Source: an uncultured Ignavibacteriaceae bacterium (GTDB lineage: Bacteria; Bacteroidota; Ignavibacteria; UBA10030). Taken from it: a stretch of 64,000 nucleotides of DNA. Of the stretch, positions 16,934-25,440 are shown piece after piece. Every line of letters begins with the position of its first letter. Position 1 is the stretch's first letter. The notes under the pieces were generated by a model. That model had not been told where the DNA came from, did no database searches, and was given only the letters and a program-made list of their open reading frames with translations. A program made the position numbers and the translations under genes. The DNA lies in assembly GCA_964651225.1 (NCBI GenBank), contig CAZYYD010000011.1, positions 25,160-89,159 on the forward strand, read 5' to 3'.

Positions 16934-17355
16934 AAATGCTAAAATCGAGCAGTTTTTTTTAAAAAAAAAGCTATCTATTATATAGAGAGGCCCATTCTTC
17001 TGGGTCGGAAAGGAGTTGTATGAAATCAATATTGAGTGGTTTGGAAAAAATATCAAGGAGATCATGGTTAACGGCATCAATATTCACTACAGAAGGTTTC
17101 TATACAACCATCAGATCGGAGTTGGTTTTCTCTAAAACCGTAAATATAAATCTATAGGAAATCTTTTCTTGTACAAAAATCTGGTTGTCGTGAGGGGTCA
17201 AAATTCCTAAATATTATATATAGAGCACATATGCAACGAGGAAAGGAGGTATAAGTTGCGCAATATTCGAAATGTTTCAAAGAAGTCACAAGGATTTCAA
17301 GACGATCATGGAAACATGAATCAATTATTAAACCAAAATAAAAGGAGATACAAAT

Positions 17356-17721
17356 ATGGGTAGAAAAAAGGTCTATGACACGCAAATGCCCGATCAGGAG
17401 CTTTTCCGTGAAGCAAACAAATACATGAAGGAATCAGTCGATGCGCAATCGGTGATTGCCGAAGTCATTCGCGCCTATAAACAGGGCAGGATCAGCCGCG
17501 AGGAGTATAAGCAGGCATCAATGAATTGGATGTTGGGTCTCGAAGACCGGGACAGTCGAGCCTCAGAACTGACTAGAATATTCTATGCCCGCATCAAGCT
17601 GGCCGAAAAGAACAAGAAGGAGCTTCTTCAGAAACTCTCCGGAAAACAGTCCGGGGATGGAGAAGAATTCCAATCACAAACAATAAAAAATAAAGGAGCT
17701 ATATATGAAAATTCTCGATGA
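17356..17721 (+). CDS. Hypothetical protein (121 aa)
   Basis: RBS aaaggag lies 8 nt upstream of the ATG. The 3' end overlaps the next gene by 17 nt. Confidence 0.5.
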   Translation: MGRKKVYDTQMPDQELFREANKYMKESVDAQSVIAEVIRAYKQGRISREEYKQASMNWMLGLEDRDSRASELTRIFYARIKLAEKNKKELLQKLSGKQSGDGEEFQSQTIKNKGAIYENSR

Positions 17722-18811
17722 GTATGAAGAACACAATGGTGCACAGACCGAGGGCGTTGAAGAACCAGGGCCTTCGCGCCGGACGCTGGCCAACCGGAAG
17801 AACGCACAGAAATCCACCGGGCCCAAAACCGAAGAGGGAAAGGAGGCAATAAAAAATAACGCCCGGACGCATGGGATCTTTGCAAAGACCATTCTTCTCG
17901 ATGGGGACGTCGGGAAGGAGGACGCGGAGGAATATGATCAATATCTTGACGATCTCTATGAACAGTATCCGCCGCAAAACGGATGCCAACGCAGGTTTAT
18001 CGAAGGGATTGCGATAAAATATTGGCAGCTCTTGCGGACAAATCAGTATGCTCAGGTCCTCCGGAAGTCCCGGGAGTCCAGCGTCCGGTATGACCTTGTG
18101 AAAAAGGAGGCTGAGCGAATATGGTCGCTCCTGGAGCAGTTGCCGAAGAAAGAGGCCAGGAAAGAACTGATGAACAGCTATGAGGGCGTTCAAAAGATGC
18201 TCGACATCCTGCTTGATGCTCAGGAGAAATTTTCTGGACCTGAAACACTTTCGGATGATCGAATGACACTGGTCGCACACATTTTAGGGGAGGACCGATT
18301 TGAGTGGATGTTATCGCTTTGCAAATATGCTGCAGAGGGAGACATGGAAGAGGACGATGCTTCTGCTCTCGGGCAGAGTGGGACCTCTCGGAAAACGCGT
18401 GCGGAGATATTTGTCAACATTCTCATGGGGAAGACCCCCCTCTCAGAGAGTAAGATCGACGATCCTGCGAATCCAGTCTTAGCCCCTGGAGATGAGAAAC
18501 CTCCCACACCTCCTGAACCAACGGCACCGCACTCAAGCATTAATAGGGATCTGTTCGATAAGATTGATGAAGCACAAATTGGAACCGAACGTGCGCTCAA
18601 AACAAAAATTCGAAACCTTCGGAAAAGACTCAGCAAGCTGGAAAAGAAAGAAATACGTCTTTCGTATCCGGACATGATATGGTGCCAAATGCTGGAGGAT
18701 GGAGAACTGGAAAAAATCAGCCGTTATCAAACGACGATTGAGCGTAGTATTGAAAGAGATATCACGAGGTTAGAAAAGATGCAAAGTTCTCGCAGGGGTG
18801 ATGCGGCGTAA
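17705..18811 (+). CDS. Hypothetical protein (368 aa) with N-terminal NRKNAQKSTGPKTEEGKEAIKNNARTHGI motif, Pro-rich linker and C-terminal coiled coil
   Basis: RBS aaaggag at 17693-17699. I recall seeing the N-terminal motif (N..NA.KSTGP.T.EGK..S..NA..HG) in uncharacterised proteins of several phyla. Its function is unknown. Confidence 0.6.
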   Translation: MKILDEYEEHNGAQTEGVEEPGPSRRTLANRKNAQKSTGPKTEEGKEAIKNNARTHGIFAKTILLDGDVGKEDAEEYDQYLDDLYEQYPPQNGCQRRFIEGIAIKYWQLLRTNQYAQVLRKSRESSVRYDLVKKEAERIWSLLEQLPKKEARKELMNSYEGVQKMLDILLDAQEKFSGPETLSDDRMTLVAHILGEDRFEWMLSLCKYAAEGDMEEDDASALGQSGTSRKTRAEIFVNILMGKTPLSESKIDDPANPVLAPGDEKPPTPPEPTAPHSSINRDLFDKIDEAQIGTERALKTKIRNLRKRLSKLEKKEIRLSYPDMIWCQMLEDGELEKISRYQTTIERSIERDITRLEKMQSSRRGDAA

Positions 18812-19588
18812 CCCCCTGTCGCGCATGAATCGTCGGTGAAGAGGTTGTTTTTGCAAAACAAGCCATGCGACTTTCTGGCAGTCCCCGCAGAAGGAACCCT
18901 GACAAAAAGGGTTGCAGCGAGTCTATCGAATATTTCTTTGAATGCGAATTTCATGAAAGGCGATTGATGGGAGTCTTGCAGAACCGTTTACGTTGGAACC
19001 AGTGGAGGCGGTGTCCTCTTTCGTTCGTAAGAAAGAGAGAGGGCTTCGCCATAAATCCTCAGACAGATCTTTGACAATTGAGAAGTGCTTCTGAAATCAA
19101 CCCTTTTTATTCTGAGGTCAACAAGGAGAAGATATCCAGAAGTTCACAGCAAACACGTGGAGCAATGGCGGACTCTTCGCCCCATACGTGCAAGAGGCAG
19201 AAATATCCGCCGCTGCGGAAGAATCTGTTGGTTGCACAAAAGAGGATGCAGCAGCATTCTATGAGGATATGCAACGTCGTGGATTACGGCAGCGGTGCAT
19301 CGCTGATAAACTCCGGAACATTTCGAGTATTTCGCAGGGTATGCGGAACGGGATGTTCTCGAGCAACAAGAGTACTATGAATTTCTGAAAAGGAATCCTG
19401 AGGCACAGGAAATTGCGAATGCCATTCTCACCACAGTATCCTTTGAGTAAAATGCAGGTGAATGGTATTTCATCTCTTGTTCACCAATATTGATAGTGCA
19501 AAATTGAAAACTACCATTGACATTCTGCTAGAAATACACAATTATTGCATATCGCGATACGGAATATACAATAATCAGGGATATTATA

Positions 19589-20116
19589 ATGAAAATGCCA
19601 TCTATGAGGCCACAAGATGTAGCGGTTTTACTGAAATTAACAACTCAGCAGAGTAGCGAATGGCGTACAACTGATCTCGCAGCACAACTTTTTATAAGTC
19701 AATCTGAAATATCTCAGTCGTTATATAGAAATAGGCTTGCAGGATTACTGGACGATTCGCAAAAAAAGGTTCAACGAAAATCCCTCTATGAATTTCTTCT
19801 CTATGGAATTAAATATGTCTTTCCACAGAGGCCCGGTGCAATGGTTAGGGGAATGCCCACAGCGCATTCAGCACTCCCTCTGTCGAAGTTCATGAGATCA
19901 TCAAGTACCATTTATGTTTGGCCGGATGAGAATGGTTCTATTCGAGGGGAAGCCATTGAACCTCTCTATCCATCAATTCCTAAGGCTGCAAAAATTGATA
20001 GTTCGTTCTATAAACTTATTGCTCTTGTGGATGCCATCAGAGTGGGGAAAGCAAGAGAATTTCAAATTGCTGCGTCGGAACTTAAGGATAGGATCATGGT
20101 TCATGGAAAACAATAA
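19589..20116 (+). CDS. Hypothetical HTH-like protein, probable antitoxin-type partner of the downstream nucleotidyltransferase
   Basis: N-terminal HTH-like RPQDVAVLLKLTTQQSSEWRTTDLAAQLFISQSEISQSLYRNRLAGLL. It overlaps the next gene start (20103) by 14 nt. Confidence 0.5.
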   Translation: MKMPSMRPQDVAVLLKLTTQQSSEWRTTDLAAQLFISQSEISQSLYRNRLAGLLDDSQKKVQRKSLYEFLLYGIKYVFPQRPGAMVRGMPTAHSALPLSKFMRSSSTIYVWPDENGSIRGEAIEPLYPSIPKAAKIDSSFYKLIALVDAIRVGKAREFQIAASELKDRIMVHGKQ

Positions 20117-20729
20117 TCTTGCGATGCTAAAAATTGTTGCAGAAGCTCTTGGTGATCTCCTCGAGAGGGTGGTGTTTGTTGGAGGATCAACAACCGAACT
20201 CTAGGCTGATAACCCTGCTGCTCCAGAGCCGCGTTCGACACAAGATGTCGACTGTATCATAGAGGTCGCAACGTATCTTGCCTATCATGAATTGGAAATA
20301 ATCTTGCAGTCGAAGGGTTTTATTCATGACCAGACTGATAAGGCACCGCTTTGCCGTTGGAACTATCACGGGACCATTGTCGATGTCATGCCGTTGAATG
20401 ATAATATTCTTGGTTTTACAAATGAATGGTATTCTCAAGCTCTGAAGTATCCTACCACGCATAATATTGATGCGACAGTAAAAGTTAAAATATTAAGCGT
20501 GCCATATTTCTGTGCAACAAAGTTGAGCGCTCTCATAAGTCGTGGAATGGTTGATCTCCGAACGAGCAAAGATTGGGAGGACATAGCTTTTGTCCTCAAC
20601 AATCGTTCTTCAGTAATTCAAGATATTATTGCGGGAGATAGCGAAGTCGTTCAATATATATGTCACACTTTCTCCCATCCCCTTTCGATTGATATTATTG
20701 AGGAAGCGATTTTATCTGTTTTGGATTAG
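20103..20729 (+). pseudogene. Nucleotidyltransferase (AbiEii/MenT-like) interrupted by an in-frame TAG
   Basis: ATG 20103 (MENNNLAMLKIVAEALGDLLERVVFVGGSTTEL) runs into TAG at 20202-20204. The same frame continues ADNPAAPEPRSTQDVDCIIEV... to 20729, giving a G-G...R-x-T-x-D-V-D NTase motif that straddles the stop. Relatives have an aromatic residue there, which would be TAY to TAG. Confidence 0.6.
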
Positions 20730-21077
20730 GGAGAGCTTTCTGGTACAAAGGACAAAGTAGTGAGAATAATCGAGAACAGCATAGCCGTTACAAGAGATGG
20801 CAAAAACGGTTCACGCATCACGAGGGGCATAGAACGCTTCAGAAGTTATTGTCATCCGATAAAATGGAAGTCCATTTAACGCACAATTCAAATTGAGAAA
20901 CCGCGATTCGAGATTCTTCGGTCTTCTCTAATGGCAGTTGAAGCTATATTGTGATTTGAAGAAGGAAGAGAATATTCTTTGAAGGAATCTCTCGCAAAAA
21001 TAGAAAAAGCCTTTGTTCAACAAACATTGAAAGAATATGAAGGTTATTATTTTGTATTCTCATCAAGCAAAATAGTT

Positions 21078-22373
21078 TTAAAAATTCAATCTATGCGTTT
21101 TAGTTATCTTTTCTATCATAGATTCCGGAACTTTATTTATTTCAGCTATCATTGGCCACTCTTTGACTGCTGTAATGACATCCTGAATAATTTTATTTGC
21201 GTTTTTAATGCCAAACTGTTTAGCAGGTTCTAAAAGATCATCGATGGTAAAATTATCTCTTTTACCATTGACAGTCATTTGATGCTGATTCGTCCAGGGA
21301 CCAGTAGAATTATATGCCCATATGACATCAAAAGCAGGTGAGAGTCTCCATTTGCCATGGCGTTCCATTAAAAAAGCAATATTTTTTGTATGATCATCTT
21401 GGTTGCGAGCCACGATGTTAAAAATCATACGTCTATACATTTCTTCTAATGGCTTATATCCTAAATGTAACTGGTGTATTACATTGAGTGCCTGTTCATA
21501 GCCAAAGGCACCAGCCATGTTAAAGTCATAATGTGCAATAGCGCAAAGTGATTGCATATGAATCTTTCCACCATGAGAATCTCTATCGAACCGCTTTGTT
21601 AAAAAATGTGCACGTCCATTCTCTTCAAAGAGAGCGCATTCCATGATCTGTATGTCCGCTTTTTGTGCCATTTGATAATAGGAATATTCAATTCGGCCAA
21701 ACCCTTGTGCATTGCCCAACTGCTGATCGTTCACACCATCAAATTTCATAATCCAAGGTTCAAATCCCGGAGGCGGGAGGACTTGTCCAGAACGTACTTC
21801 ATGAGTATCTCTATTCCATGCAATAATTGCCTTCGCACGTGCGCCACCTGCTGATGTGCCTATGCGGATAATAGTTTCTATCGCTTTGTCTTTTTCTTCT
21901 AAATTGACGAGTAAATCCATCCGATTATCTAACACCTGTTGTGCCAACCGAATCATATCTTCGATTTTAATCGGCACTGATTTTATTTCTTCTCTTCGAA
22001 GTGCAGGCTTATATTCTAATGCACCCATCCCGCGAGATCCAATGTAGCAGAGTCGTTCAACGGGAGAAAAATCATTTTCGGGTCGGTTATGACGAGCGAG
22101 CCATGCGTTGATGAGAACATTGCCAAATCTGTCCGGTAATGAATCAGCGAGCATCCCGGGTAATCCGTAAAATGTTTTCTTGTTTAATTCTGGGAATGAA
22201 AATAATTGTGGCTTTCTCTCCATCTTAATCGGAGAGATCTCAATGGTATCGTTTAAAAATTCTGAAGTGTACTCAAAGGTAGATAATTCTCTGTCTATGT
22301 CCCACGCAACAGCACCTATTTCTCTTCCCCAAAGAAGGACTTTTGCTACGGTTACTTTTCTTATCTTTGCCAT
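21078..22373 (-). CDS. hipA: HipA-family serine/threonine kinase toxin
   Basis: 431 aa with the HipA N-terminal coupling region (..RLCYIGSRGMGALEYKP..), GTSAGGARAKAIIAW, and the catalytic DDHTKNIAFLM. Confidence 0.9.
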   Translation of the reverse strand: MAKIRKVTVAKVLLWGREIGAVAWDIDRELSTFEYTSEFLNDTIEISPIKMERKPQLFSFPELNKKTFYGLPGMLADSLPDRFGNVLINAWLARHNRPENDFSPVERLCYIGSRGMGALEYKPALRREEIKSVPIKIEDMIRLAQQVLDNRMDLLVNLEEKDKAIETIIRIGTSAGGARAKAIIAWNRDTHEVRSGQVLPPPGFEPWIMKFDGVNDQQLGNAQGFGRIEYSYYQMAQKADIQIMECALFEENGRAHFLTKRFDRDSHGGKIHMQSLCAIAHYDFNMAGAFGYEQALNVIHQLHLGYKPLEEMYRRMIFNIVARNQDDHTKNIAFLMERHGKWRLSPAFDVIWAYNSTGPWTNQHQMTVNGKRDNFTIDDLLEPAKQFGIKNANKIIQDVITAVKEWPMIAEINKVPESMIEKITKTHRLNF

Positions 22374-22375
22374 TT

Positions 22376-22705
22376 CTATTTTCCTTTCTCAGTTGGTCGC
22401 CCTCGTCGACCTGATGCTTCCCGTCTTTGTTGTCCTGTGAACTTTGCAAGCTGTACAGGACTTACCCCTGGTTCTGGAAGAAATAAATCCAGTTGGTCGA
22501 TCTTTCCTAGAACGCGAAGTATTTTAATCATGTTACCAAGCGTGCATCCTTTTCCATTTTCTAAACGTGTCAGAACAATTCGATCCATACCAGCACGTTG
22601 TGCGATTTCAAATTGAGTCATATTTTGATTTAGTCGTTCCTTCTTAATTCTCTCTCCCAGTAAATCGAGGATTGCTGAATCATTCATTTCGTCAAAGTTT
22701 TTCAT
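22376..22705 (-). CDS. hipB: HipB-like XRE-family HTH antitoxin
   Basis: XRE HTH LNQNMTQFEIAQRAGMDRIVLTRLENGKGCTLGNMIKILRVLG. It ends 2 nt before the hipA start. Confidence 0.8.
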   Translation of the reverse strand: MKNFDEMNDSAILDLLGERIKKERLNQNMTQFEIAQRAGMDRIVLTRLENGKGCTLGNMIKILRVLGKIDQLDLFLPEPGVSPVQLAKFTGQQRREASGRRGRPTEKGK

Positions 22706-22764
22706 TTTTCCTCTTTGAATTTAATCAAATATATTACAAATAAATTCATTTGTCAAGCTGATAC

Positions 22765-22826
22765 GCTGTATATATACAGCACAATAATGGTTTATGATAT
22801 AATATGCTGTATTAATACAGCATATT
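22765..22826. promoter_or_regulatory. hipBA candidate operators: 16-nt and 26-nt perfect palindromes
   Basis: The palindromes are gctgtatatatacagc (22765-22780) and aatatgctgtattaatacagcatatt (22801-22826). They lie 60-120 nt upstream of the hipB start on the minus strand. Confidence 0.6.
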
Positions 22827-22908
22827 AATAAGCTAAGGATTGTACACATATCAGACCTTCTTGGGCATAATTTATTAAATTCGGAGGGACACTTATGAGG
22901 CCAAGATC

Positions 22909-23100
22909 ATGAGTAAGCGATGGAATATTCCGTACAAGAAGGTTGTCCTTGAGTACGCAGAACTGTACGGCAGAGATGTTAAATCGTATAGATCGTTTGG
23001 AATATCAAGATCTACCTTCTATCAGTGAAGAAAGTCCTTCCGGGAACATGGCACAGTGGGACTGATCCCTAAGAAACCGATTGCTCTACATCATCCCAAT
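22909..23100 (+). mobile_element. IS481/IS3-like transposase N-terminal HTH remnant with in-frame TGA
   Basis: ATG 22909 gives MSKRWNIPYKKVVLEYAELYGRDVKSYRSFGISRSTFYQ, then TGA (23026-23028), then RKSFREHGTVGLIPKKPIALHHPNQ. This matches the ..GISRSTFYRW.KRF.E.G..GL..K.R.P.. pattern of IS HTH domains, with the W codon now TGA. No catalytic DDE region follows. Confidence 0.45.
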
Positions 23101-23884
23101 CAACAAAATACTTACATTGAGTTTGGGCCCACGATGGGGGCAAGTACCCCCTCTCCCATGGACACTTTTTTTGGAAGAGTCGTAAATGGAAATTTTAGAA
23201 ATTGCACAAGACGTCAATAGAACCTAGAGTAGGATCAAGAAAGGCATCCATAAGGGGGTCGATTTTACGAAACGAACCCAATTCGAAGATGGAAAACGGA
23301 CTTTTCAGCAGGAAAATGGGGATTATCAGGAATATCTCTGTCGCAGAATCACTTACACCTCATCTAAATTTATGTATGTTTGGGTGACAATTGAGAACAT
23401 TCGCATTCGAATGATTGTGCTCTATAGCCTTTTTGGGAAGGACATTGATCTCAACCGGTTCACGTTTTAAATTCTCAACCATTTCATTGGAAACTTGATA
23501 GTACTTCTGGTAACGGCCCCTTTTCTTCTAGGGTGAATTTAGGAGAAGGTATCAAGAAGTCTATGGAATGGCATTACATGAACTCCCGAACATGCTCCTC
23601 AATATCCGTACGTTTGCTTCTGCAGGCAGATAATGACACGAATCACGGAGATCTCCTGATTTTTTCTTAAATTAAAAGTGTTATGTACAACCATCGATAT
23701 ATCTTGATGTATCAAGCAGATTCAGTCAGACACTTGTCGACGGCTCGGCGATCGACCTCTCGATGGTCTCTAGCTTGCCAGCAAAGAACAGCAACGATGC
23801 GATATCTGTTTCGAATCAGATGTTCATCTGTGACGAACGTGTATGGAACAAAGTCTTGAAACTTACTCTCAGGCGGCAGCAAGC

Positions 23885-25435
23885 ATGAACATTCGTTTTC
23901 CATATCGCATAATGCTTTTCGTTGCAGTGCTTCTACTTAGTGCTACAGCACCGGCGCAGGTGGTCAATATAAATCATCCCGGAAGCGGACCCTATTCCAC
24001 GATCTCGTCCGCTATCAGCAATCTAGCAACGGTGAATGGCGATACGCTCACTGCTTCCGCCGGAGCGTATACGGAAAATGTCAGCATCACGAAAAAGCTG
24101 ACGCTGATCGGCGCAGGTGTAGCCACGATAATCAATCCTCCCGCAGGGATCGGTATCACCATTACTTCGGACTCCGTCAAAATTACGAATCTCAAAGTCG
24201 CGAACGTACCGAGGTGGGGGATCTACGCTTCGGGAAGAAAAGGATTGACGCTGACGAACGTTATCTGCGAAGGAGACAGCGTTGGCGCGGAACTGAACAG
24301 TATCACAGGACTGACGGTGACATCAAGCGTCTTCTCACGCAATAATGATCATGGATTCTATTCTTCCAGCGGGCAGAATTTTTCGTTCACCAACTGTGTC
24401 TTTAACGCAAACGGGAAAACCATCGGCACTGGATCAGGATTGATGCTGAGAAATCTCAAAGGTTCCTCGACATTTACGAATACCACCGTGGACAGTAATA
24501 AATATCATGGCATGGAGATCAGATCCGGGTGCGCTAATGTGACGATCAACGGGGGGGAATTCAACTCCAACGGTTCAAATCCTAATCCTGGTTATGATGG
24601 CGGTGGTATTTATCTAGGCGAATACGCCGGTGTTGCTATCAGCAATGTGATCATCAACGGCCCTCTCGTTGCCAGCAACAACTCGACAGCCGGAATTTTT
24701 GCCGATGCGCAAAGTGTTGCCGCGGATTCGATCAATACATTGATCGTTGGACAGTCCGGTAGCGTACTCTTAACAAGCAACGGCATTACCCGGGGCACGG
24801 GAATCCTGCTCTGGGGAAATGTCAGGAATGCCTCAATCACCGCAATTTTTTCGAAGGGAGCAATCTCCAATTCGGCCGGCATTGTCATCGTCGGAAAATC
24901 TGACGGGTCGTTATCTCCGGCGAATATTTCCATCATCAGCAGTAAGTTTAGCGCAGGCTACGCACGCCTGACTCCCGCGATTTCGCTCGCCGACCAACAG
25001 CCGCCGAATTACTTTGGCACCGGCGCGGTGACAGCGACCGGCACCCTTTGGCCCGCGCTGGTAGATGTCGATACGCTCATCTACGATAAGGCCGATGATT
25101 CCCGTCTCGGGGTTGTCACTCACACAGGCGATATCCTTGCTGTAGGAAAAGAGATCGAACGTACCCTCCCTAAAAGTTTTGTGTTACAGCAAAATTTTCC
25201 AAATCCGTTTAATCCGTCGACAGTCATTAGCTATCAGCTGTCAGCCGAAAGCAGAGTGCTGATTGTCGTTTATGATCTTCTCGGCCGCGAGGTGGCAGTG
25301 CTGGTGAATGAAAAGAAAAATGCAGGGAGCTACAGTGTACAGTTTCATGGTTCAGGTTTGCAAAGCGGAGTCTATTTTTATCGGTTGTCCGTAGGTCCAT
25401 TCACAGAGACAAAAAAACTCGTTCTCTTAAAGTAG
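23885..25435 (+). CDS. Secreted right-handed beta-helix repeat protein with T9SS C-terminal sorting domain
   Basis: ATG 23885 gives the signal peptide MNIRFPYRIMLFVAVLLLSATAPAQ. It has repeated beta-helix rungs (ITKKLTLIGAG..; NVICEGDSVGAEL..; SVFSRNNDHGFYS..). The C-terminus is FPNPFNPSTVISYQL...GVYFYRL....KKLVLLK. Confidence 0.85.
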   Translation: MNIRFPYRIMLFVAVLLLSATAPAQVVNINHPGSGPYSTISSAISNLATVNGDTLTASAGAYTENVSITKKLTLIGAGVATIINPPAGIGITITSDSVKITNLKVANVPRWGIYASGRKGLTLTNVICEGDSVGAELNSITGLTVTSSVFSRNNDHGFYSSSGQNFSFTNCVFNANGKTIGTGSGLMLRNLKGSSTFTNTTVDSNKYHGMEIRSGCANVTINGGEFNSNGSNPNPGYDGGGIYLGEYAGVAISNVIINGPLVASNNSTAGIFADAQSVAADSINTLIVGQSGSVLLTSNGITRGTGILLWGNVRNASITAIFSKGAISNSAGIVIVGKSDGSLSPANISIISSKFSAGYARLTPAISLADQQPPNYFGTGAVTATGTLWPALVDVDTLIYDKADDSRLGVVTHTGDILAVGKEIERTLPKSFVLQQNFPNPFNPSTVISYQLSAESRVLIVVYDLLGREVAVLVNEKKNAGSYSVQFHGSGLQSGVYFYRLSVGPFTETKKLVLLK

Positions 25436-25440
25436 GATTG

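Noticed and set aside
16951-16972. T8A9 tract (agcagttttttttaaaaaaaaagct)
   Set aside because: It is a striking homopolymer palindrome in the AT-rich spacer. It has no GC stem for a terminator, is not repeated elsewhere, and has no adjacent gene start. It is probably just bent, AT-rich spacer DNA or a slippage-prone tract.
18812-19588. Several short overlapping ORFs (60-100 aa), including a peptide ..FAPYVQEAEISAAAEESVGCTKEDAAAFYEDMQRRG..
   Set aside because: The reading frame appears to switch between three frames without a convincing start. It is likely a heavily decayed gene, and I could not assign it.
20202-20204. TAG as a sense codon / alternative genetic code or pyrrolysine
   Set aside because: TAG terminates well-supported genes in the same window (10230-11438 and 23885-25435). 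No pyl genes were seen. A nonsense mutation is the simpler explanation.
20979-21233. 84-aa + strand ORF
   Set aside because: It overlaps the 3' end of hipA on the opposite strand, is AT-rich and low-complexity, and has no RBS.
1-23500. Classical integron or CALIN cassette array
   Set aside because: The mostly co-oriented small modules separated by a recurrent palindrome are reminiscent of an integron. However, no intI is in the window and the repeats lack the attC R''/R' cores (RYYYAAC ... GTTRRRY). Several units are multi-gene with their own promoters. I kept only the neutral description as a finding.
23390-23660. Possible minus-strand transposase C-terminal fragments next to the IS HTH remnant
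   Set aside because: The translations (..RYQKYYQVSNEMVENLKREPVEINVL.., ..KRTDIEEHVREF..) did not match any DDE or integrase motif I could recognise.
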